The translations under genes were made by a program, and so were the position numbers. From positions 21,576,001-21,640,000 of the forward strand of contig NC_086125.1 of the NCBI RefSeq assembly GCF_963921235.1: a stretch of DNA of 64,000 bases. Reading direction: 5' to 3'. The notes beneath the pieces were generated by a model. It saw nothing but the letters and a program-made list of their open reading frames with translations. It was not told the origin of the DNA and ran no database searches. Positions 25,730 to 38,403 of the stretch are shown here, one piece after another (the first letter of the stretch is position 1; each line of letters opens with the position of its first letter). The stretch is from Mobula hypostoma (taxonomy: Eukaryota).

Positions 25730-26339
25730 CTGCACAGAACCAGGAGTCAGTGATGGCAAAACAAAATAAGCCATTAATAAATTGAAACACAATCTTAAAT
25801 TGTCCAGTCTATAAGATAGAAGGTTTTGCAGACAGTAAAACCGAATTAATGTTTTGAGGTCAATGACCTTTCTCCACAACAGCAAGGTTATCCATTTGGA
25901 ATATCCATTCCATTTCCCTGTTCACAGATACAGCCTGACCTGCTAAGCACCCCAAACACGTTCCATTTCACTTCAGATTTCCAGCATATTACAAGTAGTT
26001 TGTGATTGAGAACCTACTCCATCACTTTTCATTTACAAAGATGAATTAAATCCAGTTCCAACACCAACTGTAAAATTTACCCAGCAACACCCAGAGTTCA
26101 GGTGTAGTATTTCTAAAGTTTTAATTTCATAAACTTGACGTTCTTTTAAGTTCCACAGCTGCAAAGCAATTTTCAGACTTAGCAAAAGAATAAGACTTCT
26201 TGATAAGGATGGGAGAAGGAAGGAGGAAATGAGCAAGAATGGTAAATAACATAAGTAACTATCCCAATATCTGGCCTTTGGATCACTAAGTATTTAGACA
26301 TATAAATATTTATACTCCAAGTTTGTGCAATATACAACT

Positions 26340-26740
26340 TTTCTCTTTGGAGAAAAGGAGGCTGAGAGGTGACTAACAGAAGTATAAGATTATAACAGGT
26401 ATTTATGAAGTGGACAGCCAGCAGTTCCCCCCACCCCCCAAGAGTGCCAATGGCTACTATCAGAGTCCGTTCTTTTAAGATGAGTGGAGGAAAGTTTAGA
26501 CGAGGTGTCAGAGACGGTATTTTATTTTTCCAAAACAGAAAGCGACAAGTTCCTGGAACGCATTGTTGAGGTGGTAGACATTAGGGATTTTTTTTTGGAG
26601 CTCTTAGATAGGTACATGAATGAAAGAAAAATGGAGGGCTTTGTGCTATGGTTAGATAGATCATGAAGTAGGTTAAAAGACTGGCACAATATTGTGGATC
26701 AAAGGGCCTGCTTTGTGCTGTACCTTTGTATGTTCTGTCC
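26340..26740 (+). mobile_element. CR1-clade LINE 3' end
   Basis: ttttctctttggagaaaaggaggctgagaggtgac motif and 3' stem region gggcctgctttgtgctgtac. Confidence 0.7.
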
Positions 26741-27019
26741 CCTAAATACTTGATAGATTGAAGAACAGGGGAGTGGTACAGAAGAGGAGCTGAAGCTTCT
26801 ATCAACCACAATCATTAAATGGTAGGGCAGGGCAGAGCCAGATGGATAACTCCTTCCTACTCTTAAATTCTTCAGTTCCTGCATTTACAGAGTGCTTGCC
26901 TACTGCATCACTAAAATCATTGTGGAAAATAGAACAAATTGCTACAATTTTATACCTTGTACGAATATAATTTAAACAATATTAATGAAATACAAAGGAT
27001 ATTTTGGTTTCCAGCATAC

Positions 27020-27134
27020 CTTGAAGTACATTGTGCTGCTGCATTAGTTGCATTAGTTGTTTTTTTAGAATAGTTTCATCTCCTATCTGCTCTCGACGCT
27101 TTTGTGTTTTCTTATTCTTGTTCGAAATGTATTC
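27020..27134 (-). CDS. AKAP8L: AKAP8L-like exon 10 (EYISNKNKKTQKRREQIGDETILKKQLMQLMQQHNVLQ, 115 nt)
   Basis: EYxxNKxKK motif; acceptor tttcag, donor G|gtatg; phase 0-1. Confidence 0.92.
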
Positions 27135-28584
27135 CTGAAACAAAATGCAAAGACAATTTTAGTATTTACATCTCCCACCCGCATTGCTTACAACTAATCG
27201 ACGATGGACATGGACCAGATGAGGTACTTGCATGATCTTAGCTCTCCACTGATCACAGTCAACTGGCTCAAGGAATGAATCCGTTTTCACATGTTGACTA
27301 GTCACTGATGTTGAACATGTGTACAGGTGACCCCCAAGTCATGATGGATGTGTACTTAGAAAATACTTTTTAAATTATATTCTTCCGAAACACGAAGCTG
27401 TTTTATGTGTATGCATTAAAATAAATAAGAGTTAAGGGGGAAAAAATTGTGCTCATTTATTTACTTACTTCCTTTTCTCTTCCTCACCCTACACAAATTC
27501 TGCAAGAGCTAATTTTATTCTACACCTCAAATTTTTGGGCAGTGATTTGCAAATTCTGTAAGTGTGAACCCCAACAGCCATAATGCAGGGGTCATCTGTA
27601 TATGCAAGTAAAATAAGACAGCGATGGCACCTGAAGGTTATAAAATTCAAAACTGCACAAGAGGCACAATCATTACTTTAGTTAACTACCAAAAGAGTAA
27701 ATTTAAAGAACAGAATTACCTTTACTACCAAGTCTGAAAAATAGAAAGCACTTGAATCGTGGTATAAAATGCATTGAATCAACTTTAAATTTCAGTAGGA
27801 TCAGATGATAGTTTATCAGTTTAATAAAATCTCAAATCACCACTCACAGAATTTAGTTCTCAATACATAAAAGTTGCTCAGTTGAAAACAATTCATGCAG
27901 TTTGTCACATTTCAAATGAGAAGCTTTGAAACTCAGCAACTCAAAATCAACAGCTTAACAGAAGTACTAGCAAATCAGAAGATCTGTCAACGCATAATCA
28001 ATACATTGTAGTTATAAATTACATGGCAAAGAGAATACTAATCTGGACTCTGTACTAGGTGTCATTTTGATTATGGCACAGGTTCTAGTTCACAATTACT
28101 ATCCAATAATCCATGATTCCTGAACACATTTAGCAGCGTAGAGATGTAAACAAGGAAAGCCTGTAACTTATTACAAGAATAGCACAAACAAAATGCTGGA
28201 GGAACTTTAACAGGTCAGGCAGCATTTATGGAAAGGAATAATGAGTTGACATTTCAGGCCTTGACCCTTCAAACCTGGAAAGGGGGAAGACAGAATAACA
28301 AGGTGGTGGTGGGGGCGGAGAAAGTTAATGTGTTGGTGGGCAGGGGTATGAAGTGAAAAAGTAGGTGGTGATAGGTGGAAAAGACAAAGGGCTGAAGGAG
28401 AAATTTGATAGGAGTGACTGCAATTGTATTAGGCCCATATACGTAATCAAACCTTACAATTTATTCAGCAATGAGGTAAGCATTCAACTGAGGGAGCCAA
28501 ATAAGGATCAGGTTTTAAAAGGCAATGCAGTAATCTTTTATATCTCGAATTCTAAAACATTCAAAAACACTTCAATATACATAC

Positions 28585-28726
28585 ATCCAAGAAGTCAGCA
28601 GTTTCAGGTTTCAGCTTGGACCCAATAAATTTTAAAGTTTCCTTATGAAATCTGCTTTTCATGTGATTAGCAATTTCTTCATCTTCAAACGTACGGAACT
28701 TACAGACTGAACAGGCATATGTTATC
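28585..28726 (-). CDS. AKAP8L: AKAP8L-like exon 9, AKAP95-type zinc finger 1 ([47 protein letters not shown])
   Basis: CxxC...H...H motif; acceptor gcag, donor gtatgt; 142 nt, phase 2-0. Not present in the supplied ORF track; translated by hand. Confidence 0.95.
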
Positions 28727-29229
28727 CTGCAAGAAACAGAAAAATTAGCTTAGGAACTCATCCTGCCCTGGCCATATTCACAAACTAATGAAGTATTTTC
28801 TTACTCTTCCAAGTACATTTGATTTGTATTTAACCAAATGGAATTACATTTGTAATATTAAGATCAATCTTATTATAAAGGTGACTGGCAAAGCATCTAA
28901 GATGTACATGTCACAGACATTGCTCATCTTCTATCAGATAACTGAATGCTCTTAATTGGAATAATCTTTTCCATTGTACCTAACATAGCACTCTAAAATG
29001 ACTTGAGAGTTGTCATGTACAAGAGGATGACACAAGTTCATCCATACTCGTACGGTTCTGCTACTGTGGAAATGCAGTTTCACATGCCAAATCACAGTCA
29101 GCTTTGATCTTTTAAGTAAACTATATGGAACTCTACTTATTACACTACACATTTTTTTTTAAAAAGCTGTTTGCAATGTTAATCTGCCAACAGTTCTCAA
29201 ACTTGGCTAAAACTACCACCAAGTACTAC

Positions 29230-29296
29230 CTCTCTGCAAGACGGTCACGATTCTTCTTGGGCTTGCCAGTCTTTTTCTTCTCTTGCATAGTTGGAG
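29230..29296 (-). CDS. AKAP8L: AKAP8L-like exon 8 (SPTMQEKKKTGKPKKNRDRLAER, 67 nt)
   Basis: Long polypyrimidine tract plus cag acceptor, donor AG|gtagta; phase 1-2; RDRxxER precedes zinc finger 1 as in the family. Confidence 0.87.
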
Positions 29297-29749
29297 CTGT
29301 TTGAGGGGGGGGAAAAAAAGACAGTAATGGGTAATACCGTTATTACAGGTGTTAAAACAAAGCCTAAATCAGGCTGAACGTTTGCAAATGTATTAGATGT
29401 TAATCGCCACATTGCACTCAACCTCCTCTTCTTGAATTCTATTTTTGAGATGTACACCTTAGCATATCTGGCAATACTCCTGTAAACCTACTCCACGTAT
29501 TTTTCTGAGCCCCAACGCTCTTTTTCTCATTTGGCCATCAGAAGTGCATGCAATATTCAGAAACACAGGCTGACAAAGGATACAGCATATATCCTCAACT
29601 TGCTGAAATAAACATTAGTTTTTTACCCCCCCGCCTTCTTCTTTAATGATATTGTGCCAGAATTTAATATAGAGACTAGGGTATTTTACTCCCAGATCCT
29701 TTTGTTCCTGAAAAAAGTCTTTTCCTATCACAGCTGTGGTTTTCTTTAT

Positions 29750-30020
29750 TGTTTGTTTATGTAGAGATAAGAGCACAGAACAGGCCCTTCAGGCCCACCA
29801 ACCCACCAATTTAACCCTAGCCTCACCACAGGACAATTTACAATGACCAATTAACCTACTTACCAGTACAACTGTGAGAGGAATCTGAGCACCTGGAGGA
29901 AAAACCCAAGGACACAGGAAGGATGTACAAACTTTCTTACAGAGGATGCTAGAATTGAACACCAAACTCTGACATCCAAGCTGTAATAGCTTCACACTAA
30001 CCACTCTGCTACCATGGCAC
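29750..30020 (-). mobile_element. V-SINE (HE1-like); more copies at ~15935-16222, 17754-18020, 25255-25400, 30556-30856, 31374-31575, 41508-41736, 52700-52870
   Basis: Recurrent shared V-domain and tail sequences across the window. Confidence 0.65.
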
Positions 30021-30501
30021 TTGGTGATAATTTTGACATCTAGGACTGATTTCAGATAAGCAACTTGATCAGATGTTGTGATAGGGTGGGATAAGGGAGA
30101 GGATGAGTGCCAAGGTAGAACAAGTTCAGCTAGAAATTAGAGGCCAATGATAAATCCTTAGGGATTCTCAAGGCAACAATACAGGAGGACTGAAAGGATC
30201 ACTGCAGAAAAGCCTCCCAGCGTCAATACATCCTCACCCAATCTACATGATCATCTGCAAACACAGGAAACACAGCAAATTCTCTTTTAATTCAGACTTA
30301 TTTCTACTGGGACAAACTTCATGAAACTGGGCCCTCATTAATTAAACTCCATTAATCAAAAGATGCTCAAAGTATGAGTCACTCCAAGAAGAATAAAGGA
30401 AAAATAAAATTTACACATACACACTATATAGGTTGGCATATCAGTAAATTGACACTAGTCGGTTATGCAACAGAACTGTAGGGTTCTGTGACCAAACTTA
30501 C

Positions 30502-30544
30502 AACGCTTTGATTTCTTTTCATTAGGATCCTTGTCCTCACCACC
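30502..30544 (-). CDS. AKAP8L: AKAP8L-like exon 7, 43 nt (GGEDKDPNEKKSKR)
   Basis: Acceptor ctttttcag, donor gtaagt; phase 0-1. Confidence 0.8.
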
Positions 30545-32609
30545 CTGAAAAAGACAAGATTAAGATTAGCTTTATTTGTGGTATGTACATCAAAACATTA
30601 AAATATACAAGTGAAATGTGGTGTTCACGTTAATGACCATCACAGTCTGAGGATGCACTAGGGTCAGCTCGCAGGTGTTGCCATGCTTCCAGCACTAATA
30701 TAGCAAGCCAATAACTCAATAACCCAAACCCATACATCTTTGGAATATAGGAGGAAACCGGACCTCCTGCAGAAAACCCATGTGGTCAAATTCTTTACAC
30801 ACGAAGGGAATTGAACCCCAATTACCGATGCTGAAAAGTGTTGCATTAACCACATGCAATTACATTAAAGTTTAAGGTGCGTACTAATTTTCCCATGCCT
30901 CCTAACTCCAGTTCTAACACCGGACTTTGCTTTACCTACCACAAATGTAATTTTTCAATAATGATGCTGGGCTACATTTTCAATTACAAGAGTGCACTAT
31001 GAAGAGCTAAAACTCCATATCAAATATTAGATATGGAGTTTTATTTCTCTCTCATGCACGCTTGGAGATCTCTCCACAGGGTGAGCTATAAGAGAGGTAA
31101 ACTCCATATTTAGCAGTAAGTCCAGGCTCAAAACTTACCTTTATTCACTAGTGTTTGAATCTTCCTGATGTGGCTGATTTTTGGCTTGTACCTAGGCTCA
31201 TATGTTGTTTAAGTTGTGAGCCTTGTTGTTGATATCTGTGTTTCTTGTATTTGTGATTTTAGCTACCTGTCATGGTTTGTACAGCGCTTTGGTCAACACG
31301 AGTTGCTTTTAAATATGCTTTATAAATAAATTTGAGTTGACTTGAGTAACTATCAATTTTGATGGTGTTGTCAGTTTATTTATTTAGAGATGCAGCACAT
31401 TAAAGGCCCTTCTGGCCCAATTAAACCCATGTGATCAATTAACCTACTAACCCATATGTCTAAGGAACATGGGAGGAAACGCACGCTGGCACAGGGAGAA
31501 CGTACAAACTCCTTACACACAGTGGTGGAAATTGACCTAGGTCACTGGTGCTGTAAGGGACATTACCGTGCCTATGCAAGACATTTTATTAGCCACAATT
31601 CAAGTTATCTGCTGACTACAGAGGACAGAGGGAAAGAATGCCAATCAAAAATGTTTTACTTCCATGTGAGCCAGATTAATCCAACGTTATCAAAGTCTGG
31701 AAATTGAATCTGGTGTTATATTGCTGTGTTAAACCCAAAGATCACTGTAAGCATTACAGCTACAAGGATTCTGTAACCTGCTATAAATGATATTTTTATT
31801 CACTGCATATAAAATTATACATCACGCTGAAAATTCAAGTAAGAATTTTTCTGCTGTTTTATATTCCCAATAGTCCAAAATGCCTCACATTCTGTGCAAC
31901 ACTTTAAAAGTCACCATTTTAAAGTCAAATATCTATGGATGTGCTGCCAAAGAGCCAAATATGGGTCAGCAGTGTTTACCCTCCTGCCTCACTACATTGA
32001 AACAAAGCCATGTGATTAAACTAAATTTACTTAGCCAACAGATCACCTGTGTCAACTGAGATTAAAGACTTTAGAGCACCGCTGTTTTGCTGTACAGTGA
32101 GCCAAAGGGAAGACTAATAATTTGGCTCAAATGGCAAATAGGAAATTTAATGTGAGTAAACCTAATCAAACCTGCTGTTAAATATCTCCAATAAAAAGTC
32201 AACAAGAGAAACAGTACATACAAAACCACTAGACAACCACAAAAACTAACTGGGATCATCACTGCCCTTTAGGAAAGGAAACCTGCCTTTCCTTCAGCAT
32301 GGCAACTCTAATCAGAGAACAAAGGGCAGGTTCTTAACTGTTACCTTTAGATTGTTTTGCAAGTCACTCGGTTCAATAGCAAACAGGGATGAACAATTAT
32401 TGATCACTGTAGAAGAGAAATCTAAACCCCATGCAAGAATAATCTGTAAAGCCACAGCTAACATTGAGACAATTTCTGTCTCCTCACTATCTTCATCACA
32501 ATTCCTCATTTAACCACCAAACCTTTTGGGTTTAAATAACAGCAAAGTAAACCTATGTCCTTTCTGGTTGAAGTACTTTTGGAGAAAGGTCAAATGAAGC
32601 CATACTTAC

Positions 32610-32638
32610 CGAATCAACTCCATCGTCTTCTTTATCTT
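32610..32638 (-). CDS. AKAP8L: AKAP8L-like exon 6, 29-nt microexon (EDKEDDGVDS)
   Basis: Acceptor tttttgttttag, donor G|gtaagt; phase 1-0 bridges exons 5 and 7. Confidence 0.8.
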
Positions 32639-32949
32639 CTAAAACAAAAACAACAAAAACAATTGCTTAAGAGGTAATCACATCTGATCAACACAGAAGG
32701 GTTTCAACTGTAGGGACAAAATTGTGCTAATGCTTCCAAAACTGGCAACATTACTTCACTAACATGAAGCAACTATGATCATGATTTCAAAGGATTAACT
32801 TAATTTGCATACATCCTAGACAAATATTTTAGTCTGCTTACTGATCACACAACATTCTCAATTCAACATTTCTATCTAAATTATTCTCTCAGCACAATCC
32901 TGTAAATTATAACCAATTACATACTTAACACCCTGCACTACAGTTATTT

Positions 32950-33156
32950 AGAAATTAAAGTCTGTCCTGAGCCTTATAGGCTCATCAGGCCGATGCTTAT
33001 GCCGATTTCCGTGGCATGGAGCAACTGCGAGTATGAGACCCCCCCCCGGGATAGGACGCCAGTCTATCGTGAGGTTAACCCCCAGCATTTTGCCGGTACC
33101 CATTTTCAGCTGGGTGGACTGGAGCAGTGTGTGGTTAAGTGTCTTGCTCAAGGACC
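32950..33156 (-). mobile_element. CORE-SINE-like fragment
   Basis: Minus strand gtccttgagcaagacacttaacc...gctgaaaatgggtacc resembles the CORE domain; CpG-rich and apparently little decayed. Confidence 0.5.
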
Positions 33157-33865
33157 TGCACTACAGTGGTCAGCATTTAAACTCATTCCTTGTAAGCTGT
33201 ATTTAAGCACATTAAGTAGAAATAATCAAAATGGCCCTGGAGCATGCTCTGCCACTAATAAACTTCTCCATAATACCTCAAAGTACAAAAATATCTCTGC
33301 TCTGAGTATACACAACTCAGCAATCATACCTCTGTGAGGCAGAGGCAACGAATTCCAAATATTCAATTTTTAAGAAATTTTCTTCATCTCAGTCTTAATT
33401 GGATAGCCCTTATTTTGTAAGTGTTGAATTCATCCACTAGGCAAATAGCCTCACAGAATAGCCAAGTCATTTAACAATTGATTGTTTCACTTTAATAATT
33501 TCTTATTCTTTTAAATTCAGGAGAGTATAAGCAAAATTGGCATGCCTCACAAAAATTAGTCTTTGAACCAAAATTCAATTCACTGAACTTTCATTGCACT
33601 ACCTTTAAGGCAATTGTTCTTGCTTAAGTAAAACCACCAAAACTGTAGGCCAAGTGTACATTCACCAAAGCTCTCCAAAGTTATAATGTGGCTTTACTTT
33701 TGTAGTCCGTTTCTTTTTGCAATAAAGATTCTGTTTGCTAGCTTTCTGCATCTTCTCTGTTCAGCATTTATACTCTAGCTTAAATAAGCAGACAAATTTG
33801 CACATACTTCTTCCATTGCCAAGAAGGTACAAGGTCCAAGTAAGTAACAAAGTAGTGTACAGTAC

Positions 33866-33992
33866 CAGCATCATCTTCACCTTCACCATCACCATCATCA
33901 TCATCTGTTTTTGCTTGCTTGTTTTCTGGGTCCTCAGTACTACTTGTTGACTGTTTCCTCTTCCTGCCTGGACCACCTATAACCTTCTTTCT
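33866..33992 (-). CDS. AKAP8L: AKAP8L-like exon 5 (RKKVIGGPGRKRKQ...DDA, 127 nt; NLS-like)
   Basis: Acceptor cctattag, donor G|gtactg; phase 0-1; basic GRKRKQ cluster followed by an acidic run. Confidence 0.88.
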
Positions 33993-34896
33993 CTAATAGG
34001 AAACAAAGACAGCTTACATTAGAATCAAATTTCAACTTCTTAAATATTTACTTATGTCAAAGACTGATGTTAAATTTACTTATGTCAAAGGCCGATTTTT
34101 ATAAATTCCAGTTTCTTTAGGTTCAATTTAACCAAGTCCGGAAGATTTATTATAAAATTTTATATTAACAGCTGGAAGCTCATTGATCTGTTATTCAAAT
34201 CAGAATCAGGCAAATACTGTGCAGCTAATTACTGCCCGAAAAATGCAAAATATAATAGTCAGGTTATACTACATATTCTTCACTACTATCAAGGTATTTT
34301 TCCACAGAATAGTTTTAAAGAACAATTAAAAACCTGACCAGAAAGGTTTTCCCCTAACCCGATGTCCCCGTATATGAGGCTGATTCCAATCAAATGGCAA
34401 TGATAACACCATTAATCAGCTACAACCAACTTCATGCCTCATCTGTGAAGTTCCTAAATAGCCAGCAATGCTGTAATCACGCCAATATCCAATGCCATGT
34501 CTCATTCACTGATAACAGCTACTGCTTTGCGAGAAATGCAAGAGAGAGAAAACAAGACTTTTATAAAATGTCATATCAAATCGAAACACCACACAATAAA
34601 TTACTTTGATGATCCTAGAAAGCTTAAATAAAATTATAATCGTTTTTTAAAAATCTGAATATTTATCCTAATTCTCAACCAAGGTAGCTACAAATTCTTC
34701 AAAGCTGAAAGGAGTTTGAAAATTATATTTAAGGTCAGGCACATTAGCAGAATGAAGACCTAATTTTATATTTAAAAGGATAATGGGCTCGGCACAAAAA
34801 AAATGGCAACTTTGTTTTTTTTTAAATCCTTTACTGTTTAATCCCACAGGCCACTGAATAAAATAAAATGTTTTTGTTTTTAAGAAAGGTACTTAC

Positions 34897-35359
34897 GCCT
34901 CTGATTCGTGGCTTGTCTCTCCTTCGCTGTCTGCCACCAAACGCTCTTGCCGAGCCTTGAGCTCGGAACAGGTCCATGGGGATAATGTTTGGGGAGAAGA
35001 GCGAAGGGAGGTTTCTGGTGGAGGAGGCAGCATTGTAGCCTCTGCCTCCCATTGACAGCTCATTCCAGTGTGCAGACATCCGCCTGGAACTTCCAGGCTG
35101 CATGTAGGGGTCATTCCAGTTTGCTCTCCTATTTGGAGCCCAGTCTCTAGACCAATTCTGACCCCGTTGGCTACCATATGCTCTGTTGTGGTACTGATCT
35201 CTGCGAGTCCCGTAGGAGTTGTCGTAGTGGTCATAGTGACCTCCATAGGAATCGTTATAATTAGGTCCAGAATCACCGTAACCATAGCCGTAGCCAGATC
35301 TGTACGGATCATGGTCATTCATTGAAGACCTGGAGTCATAGGACTCATAAGGTGTAAAC
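34897..35359 (-). CDS. AKAP8L: AKAP8L-like exon 4 (RFTPYESYDSRSS...LPSLFSPNIIP...RIRG, 463 nt)
   Basis: YESYDSR and LPSLFS motifs of the AKAP8/AKAP8L/ZNF326 family; acceptor tttcag, donor gtaagt; phase 2-0. Confidence 0.93.
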
Positions 35360-36235
35360 CTGAAAGAGTTGCAGAGCAAGCAAGGAATCTAATCAGTAGC
35401 TGGAAAGGACGATGGCACAAGCCTGCCAATCAGTGAAAGCAGACTAAAGACTAAACAGGATATTTCAGGTAATCATGGTGTTTGTGGTTTTATGCTGTTG
35501 TCTATAACAATATCCAAATTAGTAACTACAGTAGCTAATAGATTTGAGTAACCAAAATGGTATACATTTCAGTAGTGAAGCAAACAGCTTCCAAATGTTC
35601 AATGTTACAATTTTTCTTTGTGGGAATGGGGGGGGGAAAAAAATAAACTTTGGCCACTTTTAAAAGACAAATTACTCTAGTATCGAATATTTACTGCAGC
35701 CCTTGATTATGTTAATTTGCTGTAAATTTAACCTAATTTCTGGAAACACTGGGCATTTTATAACAATTTACTACAATCTATACTCTTCACATTACCAAGC
35801 ACAGGTTGCATTGTAGATGAAAATCCTTGAAGACCCATTCACGTTGCTAAAACAATTAACCAAACCTAGGGTCAATTATGCCGACAATCCAGGTGTTCTC
35901 AAAATGATTCGAGTGTCTGGCACAAAATACCAAGTGAGACATAAGGTGGATTAATTTTGGTTTAAACAATGCCGGTTAAATTTATGTTGTATCCATGCTC
36001 AAACAAGTTCAAGTTTCAATATGGCAGCATTAAAATGTAAAATGAATAAACCAGTGTTTTCTCACCATATTGTAGGCAAGCACCAGTTTCTCTTTGGGGC
36101 TGGGCGAGAGGGGATGGGGTAGAAGTACAGCCCACACAGATGCTAGCCTATTTAAAAGTGCCACATCAGTCCCAAGTCCAATTTCTTGACTTATTTGGTA
36201 TACTATTTACCAACTAGTAACCTTCCAGAAGATAC

Positions 36236-36452
36236 CTGTTATATTGGCCTGAAGACCGAGAAGAGGAGCCTGGTGTGTTATCACACTCTAGCTGAGAGAG
36301 CATGTCCAGGCGTTGGTTGATCTTAGCGACGATGGTTTCTGTGTTAGGGTTTTTAGGAGCATCCCAAGCTTTATAGCCAGAGTTATAGCCATAATTTCCT
36401 GAATAATCTCCTGAATTATCTTGGTTGTAATTGTAATCATAGTCATCATACC
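36236..36452 (-). CDS. AKAP8L: AKAP8L-like exon 3 (GYDDYDYNY...TETIVAKINQRLDMLSQLE...YNR, 217 nt)
   Basis: Family motif AKINQRLDM; acceptor cctgttag, donor AG|gtatct; phase 1-2. Confidence 0.93.
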
Positions 36453-37186
36453 CTAACAGGAACAAAAGACACAATCAGATACTCATACTAAAAAAAACAC
36501 AAACATAGCAATAGAACCAGATCAGCTATTAAAGTCAATTCTACAATTTTAATCCAATCATAAATATATCCACTCTTTACCCAAAGCTAACTTATAATTA
36601 GCAAACTCGTATTCAAAAAAAAGTTTTTGAATAAGCATGCAGAGTGGGAGCTGACATGGAAGAAAATAAAGAGGGAAAAAGATAGTTTCAGAATTCTAAT
36701 ACACTTGAAAAAGAGCTTCCCTATTTCACACTGAAGTGATCTAGGTCCAGTTCCCCTATGCTCTCAATTTTCCATTGCAGAGAACCTACATCAAGTTTCA
36801 ATTTTTATTTTAAATCAATTTGAGAGAATGCAATTCAACTTTATAACACTTATTTCAATGAGGGCAAAGCTTGTACTCAAGGTCAATATTTTCATTGATT
36901 CAGTTAGAGTATGGAAAGAGGCACTTTGAAAATTAATTTGAAGCACCAGCATGGACAAATTGAGCCAAAGGGAAGTTTGACTCTGCTGGATCACTCAATG
37001 GCATTCCGTAAGTCTATTTTTTCAGGGGTGCTAAGGAGGGAAAGAGATGGTCAATGGGGAGCAAACCGAAAAGAAAACTGACCCCCACCCCAACATTGCA
37101 TTTTATTTGTTAAAACCTTCTGTATTTAAAATTAAGTCATAGCAGACTCCTATCCCCACAATAGTGAGCATCAAGGCAACTGCTGA

Positions 37187-37933
37187 TAGTGGATTCCGGT
37201 TAATTGGGACCAGCACATTTTGGCCGAAGTACATTTTTAGCTGAAGTTTGAAGGAAATAGTTCAAAAGGTACAAAGACAAACTACTGTTTAACCAAGTAA
37301 AAAACTATCTATTTAAATGAAACAGAACAAATTAAAACACTATCAATGCCTCCACAGTACTATAAAACTGTGTTAGTTCCTTAGTAATCAATGGAGGAAT
37401 TTGACTGACTGTAAATGAACAAAATCATTGCAGACACCTACTGAAGGTAACAATACTTCATACAATACTTTGCACAACTGTATCTTCCAAATCTTCGTTT
37501 TCATGGTAACATTCAAAATGATTGTTGGTACTTTCAAATTTTTCATAGTTCCCAACTTACTGAAGCACCAAAATCATTTCATTTTCACTCACTACCATTT
37601 CTGGCACCTCCAAGCTTGAATGCTTGAAACCATCATGAACAAGACAACTCTGAATTGACTTACTGCTTATTTCTCACCAACTATCAGTGACATAAAAAAT
37701 TAGCGCTTTTTGAACACAAACAACTGTTTGCTCTAAGCACATTGTAGTGTCTAACAGTCAGGCAAGTGCACGCAACTGACACTACTTAGCAAGTTTGGCA
37801 ATAGTCTCCTGCCCAAGGTACATGGCATTGTGCCCTAAATAAACTACGGGAATCTCAGCTGTTTTCTCGATTAGCTTTTGTTCTTTAGCATTACCCCTAA
37901 ACAGTGGCTGCCTCGATTAACCGGAATCCACTG
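37187..37933. mobile_element. Non-autonomous Tigger/pogo-type DNA transposon
   Basis: TIRs AGTGGATTCCGGTTAAT / ATTAACCGGAATCCACTG followed by TA. Confidence 0.75.
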
Positions 37934-38033
37934 TACTTATTGACATAAATTAGATAGATTATTTGGATTTGTAATGTTGGGCAAAAACCTTTGTAGCTAA
38001 AAAAGGATCTAGTGCTTTACTGGCAAATACAAC

Positions 38034-38177
38034 GAATAAACTCTTTTGAGCTTCCAGCTGGGTACAAGTATCAACTATAACCAATGTTTTGATGACAAAC
38101 TCCGCCATCTTCATCCCATCGAAACATCAGTTATAATCAATACTTGTACCTGGCTGGAAGCTCGAGAAGAGTCTATT
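38034..38177. mobile_element. Fold-back Penelope-like pLTR remnant (second family) with a decayed hammerhead
   Basis: ~60-bp inverted arms (38034-38094, 38117-38177); the centre carries GATGA-AGATGGC...GTCATC-(G/A)AAAC. Confidence 0.6.
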
Positions 38178-38355
38178 AATCTTTAATAGCTGGTGTGAAC
38201 TAGTTGAGAGCGATATAAAAATCTATACATTCAAATCATATGCTTGTAACTGTGATGCACATTATAGCATCAACTACAATAAAAAATATTTAAACCCAGA
38301 TAATTCTGACCCCGTTAAGCCTACATATTAGTGATAAAATTCAAAGGATAATCAC

Positions 38356-38403
38356 CTTGACCATCGTCTCCTCCTGTGTTCCAAGAATCGTCTTCTCCAT
38401 ACT
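38356..38403 (-). CDS. AKAP8L: AKAP8L-like exon 2 (EYGEDDSWNTGGDDGQG, 48 nt)
   Basis: Acceptor ttttgtttctcttag, donor G|gtgatt, phase 1-1; Gly/Tyr/Trp motif typical of the family N-terminus. An extra small exon in the 15.8-kb first intron cannot be excluded. Confidence 0.8.

Noticed and set aside
32312-32509. Acidic peptide MRNCDEDSEETE as an extra exon
   Set aside because: No convincing splice sites, and exons 6 and 7 already join in frame.
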